From Squalus acanthias (lineage: Eukaryota): DNA of 64,000 bases. The notes under the pieces were generated by a model. That model was not told where the DNA came from, searched no databases, and saw only the letters and a list, made by a program, of their open reading frames with translations. Location: assembly GCA_030390025.1 (NCBI GenBank), contig CM059432.1, positions 19,904,001 to 19,968,000 on the forward strand. Reading direction: 5' to 3'. Positions within the stretch are counted from its first letter, which is position 1. Each line of letters opens with the position of its first letter. Made by a program: the position numbers and the translations under genes. Positions 12,666 to 25,443 of this stretch are shown one piece after another.

Positions 12666-13777
12666 GGCCCCGATATTAATGTAAAGGCGGCTTCCGAGCG
12701 AGGGGGGTGTGAAACCCGGAAGTCAAGTCAGCGGGTTTGATTCTCCGATTTCAGCTTGTTGCGGCAATACATTTTGACTTCGGGTTTCGCCTCTCCAAGC
12801 TGTGCAGTGGGTGTGATGCGTACCCACTATTTAAAAGGCCAATGCAGAAATGGAATCTGGAGGAGCCAGGCGGTGTTTAGCATGGATTCGCAAAGAGTAA
12901 GGCCAGCACCCAGATACAATGATGCTTCCCTAGAATTTCTGCTGGGTGCAGTCAGGAGCGGGGGTGGGGGGGGAAGGGGGGAATACTCTTCCTCAGCAAC
13001 ATCTGTCACTAAGAACGTGTGGTTGGAGGTGGCTGAGGTGGTGAGCAGCAGGAGCATTATGCCCCCGGGTCTTGGATGCCGTGCAGGAAGCAGTTTAATG
13101 ACCGAAGCAGGTCAGAAAAAGTGAGTACATTTGCTGGTTCACCTACATCCTGTGATTTAACCACCCTCCCCGCCCCTGCTCTCACTCCGTCTTGCCAAGC
13201 GTACTCCATCACATCACTCCTCACACCCAATTAAGTTTCAGCAGCACCCTGCCTTCACTTTCTATGCACTTCCTCATCTCCCCATGTACCCATCCGCCGC
13301 TGCCACTCACCCCAATCCTTACGTAATGAGATGCATCTGTCTGATAGTCACCCTCACCGAATTCACTGCTTCCATCGGGTGAATACGTGACCTTCAGTCA
13401 CTTACAGGTCTGCTTTTCCACCCCTTGTAGGAAAAGACAGCGCAAAATGCAAGGGAGAGGGAGAGGACTGAAGGTGGGCGGCCACAAATTGAGCAGCTAA
13501 CAGATGCAGAGGAGGCGGCCCTGGAGATAAGTGGCACATTTGCATCCCTCTCAATCGGAGATGGAGAGACAGAGAACGCGCAGATGGCTGGTGACAGAAT
13601 TACAAATATCTCTGACACACATGCTGACTTTATTTCATCAATGACTGAACTATGAGATGACTGAGTATGGAGATTGTCAAGATCATTACTTTGCCACCTA
13701 GTTCAATATTCTTCTATTTTTACTTCCCACCCGACTCCAATCCGTCCGTTCTTGGGTGTTAAAACTCCCCCCCCCCC
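12666..13777 (+). mobile_element. Harbinger transposon derivative carrying a spliced Myb/SANT-like gene relic
   Basis: Left end GGCCCCGATATT; right end GTTAAAACTCCCC; internal Myb-like exons. Confidence 0.72.
12882..13590 (+). pseudogene. Harbinger Myb/SANT-like (NAIF1/MSANTD-type) DNA-binding protein, two exons, frameshifted
   Basis: Exon 12882-13120 reads MDSQRVRPAPRYNDASLEFLLGAV...VWLEVAEVVSSRS...CRKQFND then |gtgagt; exon 13431-13590 follows ttgtag| and reads EKTAQNARERERTEGGRPQIEQLTDAEEAALEI...|gtgaca. Confidence 0.75.
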
Positions 13778-14353
13778 GCCATTATCTTTCTAATTGCCAC
13801 ACGCAAGAGGAAAGACAACACAGATGGCATGGCACGACCATTTTTTGCTCCTCTTAGTAGAAACATATTAGCTATTTTAAAAATAACATAACAGTAATAG
13901 AAGGAGATTTGCAACCCAGGGCACAATCCCATCTCATCTCACAATACACAGTGGATGAGACACGGCTCACAGTAAGATCTATCTTTCATTTCACAAGTGA
14001 GTTGTTCAGCTTCTTCTCATGAGTAAAATAAAAGTCAGGTTACAGTACTTTGCTGACACCACATTCTTTGTTTTTATTGCGTGTTAACTAAAGGAAACTG
14101 AAGAGAAAATGTTTCAGGAGAAAGTAAAGCAAGCACAGATGCTGATGGCATATCTGGAAAAAAATCCCCACTTGCCCACAAACTCCTTTAAACTTCCTCT
14201 CTTGCTCCTTTAAAGCTCTTCTTCCTCCCTCCATCTGCACTGTGTGGAAATCAAGACTTACTGCATCGTCTTACTCTAGCTGACTCGAGATAGACAGCTC
14301 AGTATAAGCTGTTTTTATCACTGGAGTAAATATTGTTCTTTCATAGAATCAAA

Positions 14354-15253
14354 GAAGTAGAAATTCGGCTCCGCAGCACCCGGTTTTTCGGCGCTACGGG
14401 TGCCATTTTATATCTAAAATGGCGTCCGCACCGCGCACGCACACTCCTGGTGCCACACCGGATGCCATCTTGGTCAAGGCCAAACAAGAGGCGTCCTTTA
14501 CCCACGTCGGAAGCAGGCACTGGGCCATTAACATATGCAAATAAGGGGCTTAGCGCCTGCTTCTGCTCCCTCTTGCAACTTTGGTTTGTGCCTGAGGCAG
14601 CCAGCACCAGTGCAGATTGCCGCTGGGAAAACCAACGCTAAACAGCAAGGAATTTTAAAAAAGGTAGTTATTACCATAATCACCGCCGCTCCCGGTCCCG
14701 AGATCTCTGACCTCACCCCACCGACTCTAACCTCCAGGCCACGCCCCCCACTCCCCCAACCAATCTCCCCCGCGGCCCCGACTTCCTACTAACCCCTGAC
14801 AGCACACCCGACCCCCCCCAACAATACTCCAGACCGCCGCGACCTTCCTACCTGACCCCCGACAGCCCTCCAATCGGATTCCGAGGCCGAGCCGTTCCTC
14901 CTCCAGACCCCCGCGATCTCCCTATCCGACCCCGGACTGCCCTCCGATCGGATTCCAAGGCCGAGCCGTTCCTCCTCCAGACCCCCCGCGATCTCCCTAT
15001 CCGACCCCGGACTGCCCTCCGATCGGATTCCAAGGCCGAGCCGTTCCTCCTCCAGACCCCCGCGATCTAAACCACTCAATTACCTGAAAATTGCCACACG
15101 AACCTGTCCAGGCTCCTACAGCTGCGCCCTCGACATGATAATGAGGTCAAAGGCCCAAACTCCAGAGCTACTCGGACCTCCCCATTTGACCGCAGGCTGT
15201 TATACCTCTGCGGGTAAGGTGCCCAAAAATGGATGCTACCGAATTTCTAGGTC
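14354..15253. mobile_element. Harbinger-type MITE (900 bp) inserted in a CR1 ATAGAATC tail
   Basis: TIRs GAAGTAGAAATTCGG / CCGAATTTCTAGGTC; flanks AAA/ATA. Confidence 0.8.
14867..15068. repeat. Tandem repeat, 74-75 bp unit, about 2.7 copies
   Basis: Unit CCTCCGATCGGATTCCAAGGCCGAGCCGTTCCTCCTCCAGACCCCCGCGATCTCCCTATCCGACCCCGGACTGC, nearly identical copies. Confidence 0.92.
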
Positions 15254-15785
15254 ATAGAATCTTACAGAAGGAAACCATTCGGCCCATCATGCCTGTGCTG
15301 GCTCCCAGCTCTTTCCCAATAGCCGTGCGATTTTCTCCCCTTCAAGTATTTATCCAATTCCCTTTTGAAAGTTACTCCTGAATTTGCTTCCACTAGCCTT
15401 TCAGGCAGTGCATTGCAGATCATAATAACTTGTTGCGTAAAAAAAATTCTCTTCAACTCACCTTTATTATCTTAAATCTGTGTCCTCTGGTTACCGACCC
15501 TTCTGCCGGTGCAAACAGTTTCTCCTTATTTACCCTGTCAAGATCCTTCATGATTTTGAATGCCTCTGTTAAATCTCCCCTCAACCAATGTTCCCTCTAT
15601 TTTTTGGGGGGCTGTGCGGCCCCTTTAACGGGCTGCGCGGCCCATTCAAAATTCCGCGCATGCGTGTTTTTTCCATTTAATTCGGGACCTCCAGACGCCG
15701 CGCGGCCGCGCAGCTTAAAGAGAACATTGCCCTCGACCTTCTCTGCTCTGAGGAGAACAATGCCAGCTTCTCCAGCCTCTCCATT
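15254..15785 (-). mobile_element. CR1 3' fragment
   Basis: FFTQQVIMICNALPERLVEA; CATAGAAT tail. Confidence 0.85.
15586..15729. mobile_element. 144-bp hAT-type MITE
   Basis: TIRs CAATGTTCCCT / AGAGAACATTG; 8-bp TSD CCCTCAAC/CCCTCGAC. Confidence 0.85.
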
Positions 15786-16713
15786 TTTTGAACAAGATTC
15801 AATATAAATTTTGAAAAAAGGGAAAATCTGAAACAAATGACAGAAAAATTATAGACATGCCATCAACAATGGTTCACATGAAAACGCTGGCAGTTCTTTT
15901 GGACGAGGGATTGGCGACCCAGACCATGATCCAGCTGGGTCCCTCGTTATGCCCAGGCTGGGAATTCCCTCGCCTGACCCAGTCTCCCCTGACATTTGGG
16001 GCAATGTTTGGGACAGACAGCGGGTCCACCTCAAATAAGTCCCGGGAAAGCTGCCAGCTAAAGCTGGGACGAGCATATCCAGGTCCTAGACCAAATTCTG
16101 GCCAGTTCACTGCACTTTTTGGCAGACGTACACTGGGAGTGCGGCCCAAAGTCCCGTGGATTTTTGGGTCCATTAAATCTGAGCAAATGAGGTGAAAGCA
16201 TGACAGAAATGCACATATAGTTTGCTCAATAGTGAAGCATGATGGACGGAACACATACTGTTTTTATTATATTATTAGTAGTAAACTTCCAGTGATGCCA
16301 CGGGTGATCTCCTAGCAAAATAATAGAAATGATGGGGCGGGGGGGGGGGGGGTGGGGGGGTGCGGTGTGAGAGGAAGAGAGCTGCCTATTTCTAATGAAA
16401 GAATTTGGACAGAAGTGTCCCTAAAATCAGTGAAGCAAGTGGGTTTTTTTTTTGATTGGCTCCTTAGCGCTTTCCTTACCCACTGCAGCTAGATAAAATA
16501 AAGAGCTACCACAGCTGCGTTAATTAAATCTGTTCCAGGAACAATTAAAAAAAAAAAAATTATTATTTTTATTTGTTTATGGGATGTGGGCGTCGCTGGC
16601 AAGGCCAGCATTTATTGCCCATCCCTAATTGCACTTGCTGATTTGATAGTCTCCGTACAAAGAAAACAAAAGGGAGGTGGCTATAATTACCCCTAAATGT
16701 GCTAAATGGACCT

Positions 16714-16873
16714 GGTCCTGAAATTTTCTCTGTGGGTGCAACCCGGTAGACTCAAAAATGCACCCATTCTGCCAATGTCAAGTTACACTCAAATTTCCTG
16801 CGAATCTCATTAGAATACGCCCGACTGTGAACCGGGCATAAATCAGCAGGAATCAGCGTAAACAATCAGGGCC
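16714..16873. mobile_element. Short Harbinger-like MITE
   Basis: Ends GGTCCTGAAAT / AATCAGGGCC. Confidence 0.5.
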
Positions 16874-17442
16874 TAAGGAAAGTGCTGAGCTCACCCCATA
16901 TATTTCTTCTTTAAATATGAACGTTAAAGTTTCAACTCATTCAACCATCATTGATGCACGTTAGGCACCAATGTTCAAGAACCTGCAACCGGGGAAGCTT
17001 TCCCATTTTTAACATGCGACTTATACTGATGCCATAAAAATCCATTCAAAGAGAGAGAGAGAATACAGAACACGTGTCAGTGAAGGTAAACCATGAAAAC
17101 AAACGCTCAAAACATTGCATCGAAACACCAGAAAAAAGACCTTCTTTCCTGCTGCACCTGAAAATCTGGTCGAAATTTGAAGAGAGGGCAACTGCAGGAA
17201 ACTTGTGTCTAGGGCTCTGTAACTTGGGGGAGGGGCTGGTATTATGATGCGGCGATGTGCTCGGGTGGAAGGCTCAATAGATTGAGGAGATTTGGGCGTT
17301 TTGTATGTAAATCGCACCCAAAATTCCGTGATCTTTTAGGCCGCGTGTTTGACTTGCGTCCAGATTACACCCAAGAAATTCCAGGCACTGGTAACACTGT
17401 ATTTTATTTATTCAGGACTAACTTCCGGTGGTTGAAGGCCAA

Positions 17443-17635
17443 AACCACCAAAGCAGATTATCTGGTCATTATCACATTGCTGTTTGTGGGAGCTTGCTGT
17501 GCGCAAATTGACTGCTGCGTTTCCTACATTACAACAGTGACTACACTTCAAAAGTACTTCACTGGCTGTAAAGCTTTTTGAGACGTCCTGAGGTGGTGAA
17601 AGACACTGTATAAAAGCAAATCTTTCTCTCTTTCT
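17443..17635 (+). mobile_element. DeuSINE 3' half
   Basis: CAGATTATCTGGTCATTATCACATTGCTGTTTGTGGGAGCTTGCTGTGCGCAAATTG and an L2-like tail. Confidence 0.8.
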
Positions 17636-17740
17636 AAATCCCACTTGCCAAACAGTGAAGACCTTTTCAAAAAAAACAATCCATGTATTTATGGATTCAA
17701 TTGATTATTTGATGGTTGTGGTATTATTTTTGCATTGACC

Positions 17741-19672
17741 ATAGAAACATAGAAACATAGAAAATAGGTACAGGAGTAGACCATTCGGTCCTTCGAGCCT
17801 GCACCGCCATTCAATGCGTTCATGGCTGAACATGCTACCTCAGTACCCCATTCCTGCTTTCTCGCCATACCCCTTGATCCCCTTAGTTGTGAGTGTTATA
17901 TCTAACTCCCTTTTGAATATATTTAGCGAACTGGCCTCAACAACCTTCTGTGGAAGAGAATTCCATAGATTCACCACTCTCTGGGTGAAGAAGTTCCTCC
18001 TCAGCTCAGTCCTAAATGGCTTCCCCTTAATCCTTAGACTGTGACCCTGGTTCTAGTTTTCCCTACCATTGGGAACATTCTGCCCGCATCTAATTTGTCT
18101 AAACCAGTCAGGATTTTAAATGTCTCTATAAGATCCCCCTCATTCTTCTGAACTCAGAGGATACAAGTTCAGTTGACCCAATCTTTCTTGATATGTCAGT
18201 CCGGCATCCCAGGAATCAATCTAGTGAACCTTCGCTGCACTCCCTCAATAGCAAGAATGTCCTTCCTTAAGTTAGGAGACCAAAAACTGCGCACAATACT
18301 CCAGTGTGGCCTCACCAAGGCCCTGTACAACTGTAGCATCACCTCCCTACTCCTGTACTCAAATCCCCTTGCTATGAAGGCCATCATTCCGTTTGCTTTC
18401 TTGACTGCCTGCTGCACTTGCATTCCCACCTTCAGTGACTGATGTACCATGACGCCCAGGTCTCGTTGCACGTCCCCTTTCCCTAATCTGCCACCATTCA
18501 GGTAATAGTCCGCCTCTCTATTTTTACCACCAAAGTGGATAACCTCACATTTATCCACATTGTACTTCATCTGCCATACATTTGCCCATTCACCCAACCT
18601 GTCCAAGTCACTCTGTAGCCTCCTAGCATCCTCCTCATTGTTCACACTGCCTCCCAATTTAGTGTCATCCGCAAATTTGGAGATATTACATTTAATCCTT
18701 CGTCCAAATCATTAATATATAATGTAAACAGCTGGGTCCCAGCACCGAACCCTGCGGTACCCCGCTGGTCACTGCCTGCCATTTGAAAAGTACCATTTAC
18801 TCCTACTCTTTGTTTCCTGTGTGCCAACCAGTTCTCAATCCACGTCAACACATTACCCCCAATCCCATGTGCTTTAACTTTGCTCACCAATCTCTTGTGT
18901 GGGACCTTGTCGAAGGCCTTCTGAAAGTCCAAATACACCACATCTACTGGTTCCCCCCTGTCCACCCTATTGGAAACATCCTCAAAAAATTCCAGAAGAT
19001 TTGTCAAGCATGATTTCCCTTTCACAAATCCATGCTGACTTGGACCTATCATGTCGCCACTTTCCAAATGGTCTGTTATGACATCTTTAATAATTGCTTC
19101 CATCATTTTACCACGACTGATGTCAGGCTGACCGGTCTATAATTCCCTGCTTTCTCCTCCCTCCTTTTTTAAAAAGGGGGTTACATTGGCCACCCTCCAC
19201 TCCATCGGAACTGATCCAGAGTCTAAGGAATGTTGGAAAATGATCGTCAATGCATCCACTATTTCCAAGGCCACCTCCTTAAGTACTCTGGGATGCAGAC
19301 CATCAGGCCCCGGGGATTTTTCAGCTTCAGTCCCATCAATTTCCCCAATACCTTTTCCCGACTAATAAGGATTTCCCTCAGCTCCTCCCTCTTACCAGAT
19401 CCTCTGACCCTTTTATTTCCGGCAGGTTGTGTGTGTCCTCCACAGTAAACACCGAACCAAAGTACTTGTTCAATTGATCTGCAATTTCCTTGTTCCCCAT
19501 TACGACTTCCCTGTTTCCGACTGCAGGGGACCTACGTTTGTTTTTACTAACCTTTTCTTTTTACATATTTATAGAAGCTTTTGCAGTCCATTTTAATGTT
19601 CTCTGCAAGCTTCCTTTCATATTTTATTTTCCCTGCCCTAATCAAACCCTTCGTCCTCCTCTGCTGAGTTTT
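17741..19672 (-). mobile_element. 5'-truncated CR1 LINE with many small indels
   Basis: SQHGFVKGKSCLTNLLEFF and YLDFQKAFDKVPH; (ATAGAAAC)n tail at 17741-17762. Confidence 0.93.
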
Positions 19673-20307
19673 GAAATAAGATGTAGCCATTAACTCCCTC
19701 CACCCACTGTTGCAATTAATAAGTATTTTCCAGATCTGAATGTTTGTTCTGTCCTATTTCATAATATTAAAACCACACAGAATTTTTATTTACTCAAGAA
19801 CTGACAATGCTCTTCTCAAGTCATCATTTTTGCTTTGAGATTTAAACTCACCATTGGAAACTCAACATTTAAGGGTTTGTGCAATGATATAATAAGTCTG
19901 GTGTCATGGGTTTATATAACTAGTTTAGTAGTGTTTATCAACTCGGGATTGGGGTGCTTTGTTCGTAGAAACCCTGGGGAGGCGGAATAGAGCTATCCTA
20001 TCTTGTTTGGTTTTACTCCTAATGAGCACCTTGCTATGTTGAGCTCCTACTTCCTACATTCCCATAAATATGTGGGACTACTGTTAGTTAGAGGGACGGA
20101 TATCTGATCACCACCTAAGGCTGGAAAAGTTCCAAGAGTCTGAGTGACTTGCCTGTCAGCCGAAACAAGAGCCACCTATTACTGTTTGGGTTTTCGCCCA
20201 ACATTTTTGTGTTCACAGCAAAAAGGATGTTTCCATCAACTGAAACCTGTGTCCTTATTTGTGCCATGTCTGGGATAACATGCTAGCATTAAAATGATCT
20301 ACAATTC

Positions 20308-20620
20308 GGCTTCTTCGGCAACACCTCCCAAACCCACAACCTCTTCCACCTAGAAGGACAATGGCAGCAGGCGCATGGGAACACCACCAGCTCCAAGTTC
20401 CCCTCCAAGTCACACACCATCCTGACTTAGAAGTATATCGCCGATCCTTCATCGTCGCTGGGTCAAAATCCTGGAACTCCCTCCCTAACAGCACAGTGGG
20501 AGTACCTTCACCACACGGACTGCAGCGGTTCAAGAAGGCGGCTCACCACCACCTTCTCAAGGGCAACTAGGGATGGGCAATAAATGCTGGCCTTGCCAGC
20601 AACGCCCACATCCCATAAAC
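20308..20620 (+). mobile_element. Non-LTR retrotransposon 3' end (clade unassigned)
   Basis: C-terminal RRSFIVAGSKSWNSLP...FKKAAHHHLL; further copies at 6172, 16565, 42725, 49580 and 62350. Confidence 0.75.
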
Positions 20621-22279
20621 AAATAAAAACATTTTTTTAATGGTATTGATCGCTGGATATCACATGGGATATGAATCAGGTTCCTCAGACTCTTCTGACC
20701 TATCAGACCAATGTGCACAGGCTAAAATATATTTGGTTAGATTTATTTGGAGGTTAAATAATACAGAAGCAGCAAGAAACAGGAGAGCAAGTTGCTAGAG
20801 GTATTCCTGAGTGGCTGCAGGTTTCTTTATTTGTTGTGATTGGAGATTGCATATTTAGGTGGCTGGATGGGAAGGGCTTGATAGACTTTTCCCATTCTTG
20901 TTTTCATATATGCGTATGTAATAAACATAGAATTAGTTTAAGTATCCTTTATAAACATGCTTCTTACACCCTTTGGTGGAGCAGCATGGATTTTGGATAA
21001 GTGTCTGTTATAGACCTTCATGTAGCAATGTTGTACCTAAATGATGCAAATCTCAGTTCATCTTTGGAGTTCACATGTTTACCCAGAACTAAAGATTATG
21101 GATGGATTTTCCTGTACTTAATCAGTCCAAAAGACTTTGAAGTCAGAGCTGTCAATCATCCATTATTAAAGACACAATGATGCTTAATTATTGCACAGAG
21201 CACTGATGAGTAGGTCCTCACACAACTGTTGATGCTTTGATCATGTACAGTTTAGTTCGTGCCGAGATCAAAGCCCTACACCCTGAATACTTCCTAGATC
21301 AACAAGCCTGCTTCTGTAGACAATTTGGCCTCGAAAATCGATCGTGCTGTGCCCATGAAATGGATGCCTTAGGGTCTTATTTGGCAGGCAGCATGCACAC
21401 GCTCATTCCGCGCTGCCATGGAACCCAGACCAAGGAGATGGTGGCAGTTTTGATTGGCAGTGTGATGAGCTAATCCTCAATACAAAGAAATGGAAAAGGG
21501 TCCAAAGTCGCCTTTATCTCTGGAAGACTGAGTCTGCAGTAAGCTGCAGTTTTGAAACAGTCAGAGAATCCAATTTTTCTATAGTTAACGTCAGTCAGTT
21601 CAGCAAACGTCTATTAATAAAGTGAAGCTAAGCCCATATCAAGGGCTACGTTTGTGCAATATATTATTTTAGATGTTAAGAGGAGTGATAGGTAACAGAT
21701 TAAAGATAAGTGAAAACTGTGTTATTGTCTTTTAAAAGATGTCTTTTATATAAAATAAACCAGTTTATTGGATTACAATTGGTCTTATGTCATCAGAGTG
21801 ATTATCAGGCTGCCTTCCAGAAGGTAGGAAAAATGCACATGCAGCACGTGCAAGATCACAGAAACTAGTACACACAATAAAGGGTTTTAAAAGACTCCCG
21901 GCTTCTGATATTGTATAACTAGATATTGGGTAGTGAGAGTATACTCCTGATCGAAGGGACATGAAGTCCATTTATGGAAATTAATTGTGGTGCTGAACCT
22001 GAGAATATCGAATACAAGCCTGCAATCTTTTAACACACCGTCATGGCGCAGAAGACAGGCCGAGTCTTTGTTGGCATTGTTGAGAGATGCTTTGAAAGGA
22101 ACAGTGGATGCCTGATGTGGCCAAGCTGTACTGAAGTCTCATTAAACCTGTTCTGATAATTAATAGTTAATTGAAGGCTATGCCAGAAGTAGCTCCCTGA
22201 GGGCTCATTCGGCAAATGCAATGTGGCACCGAGCCATAGTGAAAAGGATGCTCCGAAGCCTGTTCCCCTGCCTGTGATG

Positions 22280-22485
22280 AAAGAAAAGAAAGACAGATGT
22301 GCATTTATATTGCGCCTTTCATGACCTTGGGATGTCCTAAAGTGCTTTGAAGCCAATGAAGTACTATTGCAGTGTAGTCGCTGTTGTAATGTAGGAAACG
22401 CGGCAGCCAATTTGTGCACAGCAAGCTCCCACAAATAGCAATGGGATAATGACCAGATAATCTGTTTTAGCGATGCTGGTTGAGC
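22280..22485 (-). mobile_element. DeuSINE 3' half
   Basis: Reverse complement of the 17443-17635 sequence. Confidence 0.8.
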
Positions 22486-22782
22486 TAGCTGATCTCAACT
22501 GAGGTGGTGGTGATAGGAGTGTCAAATTATGCCCATTCCGCTGAGCGAGGAAGGTGGAAATTTGCAAGGGTCCTGTACTTCTGATTGCTGACTCCTAATG
22601 GAACAAGTGCAATTCCGGGTGAGGACAAGATTGAGCTCAGGTGTGACTCACCCCATGGTAGAGAATCCTGCCAATATTCATTCCTGAAGTATGGCTGCTT
22701 GGGGTGGGCAGGCCACACTGAACTGTACCAGTTAAGTCAATGCTATCATGGGAGGAGGGGAGAAAAGTTGAGACAAAATATC

Positions 22783-22897
22783 GGGGGTGAATTTCCCCAG
22801 GGGGCTCTCCCACACGGCTGTTTTTCCGGAGCTTCTGCAGCTCTTCTGCCGAAACGACAGCGAACTAGTGGGAAAATCCCTGAGGAAATTTAGCCCC
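22783..22897. mobile_element. Whole-element hairpin MITE (115 bp)
   Basis: GGGGGTGAATTTCCCCAGGG ... CCCTGAGGAAATTTAGCCCC, imperfect palindrome throughout. Confidence 0.7.
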
Positions 22898-23622
22898 AAT
22901 ACTTTCTAAAGAGTAATTCCAGGAGCAAGGTTACACCACTGGTGGGAACACAATCACTGCTGAAAATAGCGCAGTATCAGACTGCAGCATCCAACCAGTG
23001 CTATCACGCATCGACATCAACCTTGCTGAAATAGGCTTAAGGTCCACACTAAATGGCAGGTTCAAATACTCATTTCAGCAATAAGAGAGGTAAACTTTGA
23101 AAATGACCTCCGTCTAATGACCAAATACTTTCAAGCCCATTGACATTAAAGTCAATTCTGGCCTGGATTTGTATTCTTTCCTATTTTGTTGGATTGCATG
23201 TACCAAGATAATGAAGGAAAAGCCAGTCAATATATAGGGACTTGTAAGCCACTAACTAATTTCTAATCTTAATTAAAAATATAAAACACTGCCAGGAAAC
23301 TTTGTAGCACACTGCCAGGAAAGTTTATTAACCTATCAGGAAAGTGTGCAGTGGAGGTCCATTTTATTAAACCCATGTATTTCAAAATTAATTAACCCCA
23401 ATTGATCTTTTACATCAACATAAATATTATGGTCTAAGTATCTGCTGAAGTTGAGCAGCGTCAGCATTTTGGAAACATGTAGGATGAAGGGATAAAACAT
23501 TTGCTTCCTTCTTCATTCATCGTACGTCAGGGCTTTGATTCCTAGAGCTGAGGAAACGTTTGGTCACTGCTCTGTTGCATTCATTCATTTCTCTGTTAAT
23601 TCTGCTTCATTTGTGAAGGCGT

Positions 23623-23826
23623 GGGGGGGGGGGGGCAATTTTAACTCAACTCGCCTGGCAGGCAACCGCTGGGATTGGGTGGAACGCTGGATTTACACCC
23701 CCGCCCGATATTACTCGCCGTTGATTTAAATAGGGAGCAAACTCGGGCGGGGTGTAAAACAAGCATTGCACCCGATCCCGTCAGTTTCCTGCCAAGCCAG
23801 TTAGGTTAAAATTCCCCCCCCCCCCC
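23623..23826. mobile_element. Whole-element hairpin MITE (~200 bp)
   Basis: G-run-CAATTTTAAC ... GTTAAAATT-C-run; inner TTTACACCCCCGCCCGA / TCGGGCGGGGTGTAAA. Confidence 0.82.
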
Positions 23827-24508
23827 GCCCAACCCCTAACGTCAAGGCAATGTTCAGTCACTTATTGCAAACTCTACAAATAATACAGTTTAAAGAACAA
23901 GGCAAGTCCGATAATAACAAAATGGAGCTGGGGTTCCAGAACCTCAAGAGAACACCATCTCTTGTGTTTGTGCCTTTTTGTGGATCTCAAAGTGAGAAAG
24001 TCCTTACTTCCCTTAGTCTTCCCTTCTTGATGCAATCTATAGGCTTTTAAGACCCCAAATTTGACATCACTGAATCACAGCTTCTTGAACTATCTCACTA
24101 TCTCTTCCATTCTTTTCAACTATGGTGGTATCCTGCACTACCACCCTTCGTCCTTCACCTAGGTTTCACACGAAAAAATGGGCAGTATTTATGTCTACAT
24201 TTATGGTCTGTGCCTGAATAGTATCTATGTTTGGTCGTATCATGTTAATAAGTCACTCAACATTAAAAAGCCTTGCATTTATGTAGCACAACCTAGCAAA
24301 GCAAATGAGAGCTATTTATGAAAAAAATAAATGTGGCAGCAACTCTCCTCCTCTGTTTTTCAAATGTTTCATTAAAGGGGACTGGATCGTGAAGTGAAAA
24401 TATCTCGCAAGAAAATTTAGTCTCTGTACAAACAGAGGGTCACACTATTACATTGTAGGGAACACAACTGAATTATTTCAACGCCTGTGGTCAACTTTTT
24501 ATTTTTGT

Positions 24509-24570
24509 CTTTCTCTCTCCACGGATGCTGCCTGGCCTGCTGAGTTTTTCCAGCGTTTTCTGTTGTTATT
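24509..24570 (+). mobile_element. Tiny Penelope-like terminal-repeat fragment
   Basis: CTCTCCACGGATGCTGCCTGGCCTGCTGAGTTTTTCCAGC; apparent TSD TTTTATTTTTGT. Confidence 0.7.
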
Positions 24571-25011
24571 TTTTATTTTTGTGCTACTTTGACTGAAAGA
24601 TTTGGTTCGGAATGTAAAAATAAAACACCGTAAAAGAGTGTGCTGCAGCAACTGGCTGGGAACCTCCATCTCGCAGTCTGCGATTTTTATATCCTTTAAA
24701 ATTAATGATCAGCAAACCAGGGCTTGGAAGGAGCAGTTTCCTGATATGTGCTCGCAGCATGTGCCAGGAGCGCTGAAGTGCAAAATCTTTAATGTCTTCA
24801 AATACATCTTGTTTTATTAATCATGTGTCAAGAAAAAAGAGAAGTAAGTGGCGTGCTTGCACGCAACAGATCTGTGGAGTACACTACGGGGAGCTTAATA
24901 TGCATTTTAAAAATTATTTAGACCTTTAAAATTCTAGAGGATGTAAACAGAATGTTGATAATAGCCAAAAAATTAGTTACCAAATACATGAACTTATTTT
25001 TTCAACACTGT

Positions 25012-25443
25012 GGAGGCAACTTTCACGATCACTGCCTGGGTGATAATCTAGCGGAGTGGATCACCCACCTCTTGTAAAATCCAAAATAACAACAGAAAAC
25101 GCTGGAAAAACTCAGCAGGCCAGGCAGCATCCGTGGAGAGAGAAACAGAGTTAACGTTCAGGTCGAAGACCTTTCGTCAGAACTGGAAAAAAGCAGGAAA
25201 TGAAATAGATTTAAAGCAAGGATAAAGCTGGGAACAAGGTTGAAGAGACAAACGGAGGTCCCATCGAAGAGAAGAGCAGAACTTCTTCAAGGTAGGCATT
25301 CCTAGAAGAGAGATGGCAGTGGACCAAACACTAATTAAAATCCATCCTGTTTTCATCACATAGATTTCAATGGGATGAAAAGCTGGCAGGCAATTCAATC
25401 TACCAGATTACCACCCAGACGGTGAAGGTGAAAATTTACCCTC
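25012..25443. mobile_element. Hairpin MITE split by a Penelope-like insertion
   Basis: CTGGGTGATAATCTAG / CCAGATTACCACCCAG inverted arms; same family at 42832-42983. Confidence 0.65.
25084..25335 (-). mobile_element. 252-bp Penelope-like mini-element with a hammerhead motif
   Basis: 9-bp TSD TAAAATCCA (25075-25083, 25336-25344); minus strand AGTT-CTGACGA-A-AGGTC-TTC-GACCT-GAA-CGTT-AACT. Confidence 0.8.

Noticed and set aside
14867..15068. CRISPR-like array
   Set aside because: Head-to-tail tandem units without unique spacers, in a eukaryotic context with no cas genes.
16334..16360. G-runs here and at 50057-50076 as functional G-quadruplexes
   Set aside because: Simple homopolymer expansions, some at MITE ends; there is no evidence of function and the lengths may be assembly-sensitive.
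19902..20203. Possible short solo LTR starting TGTCATG
   Set aside because: No matching TSD or polyadenylation signal found.
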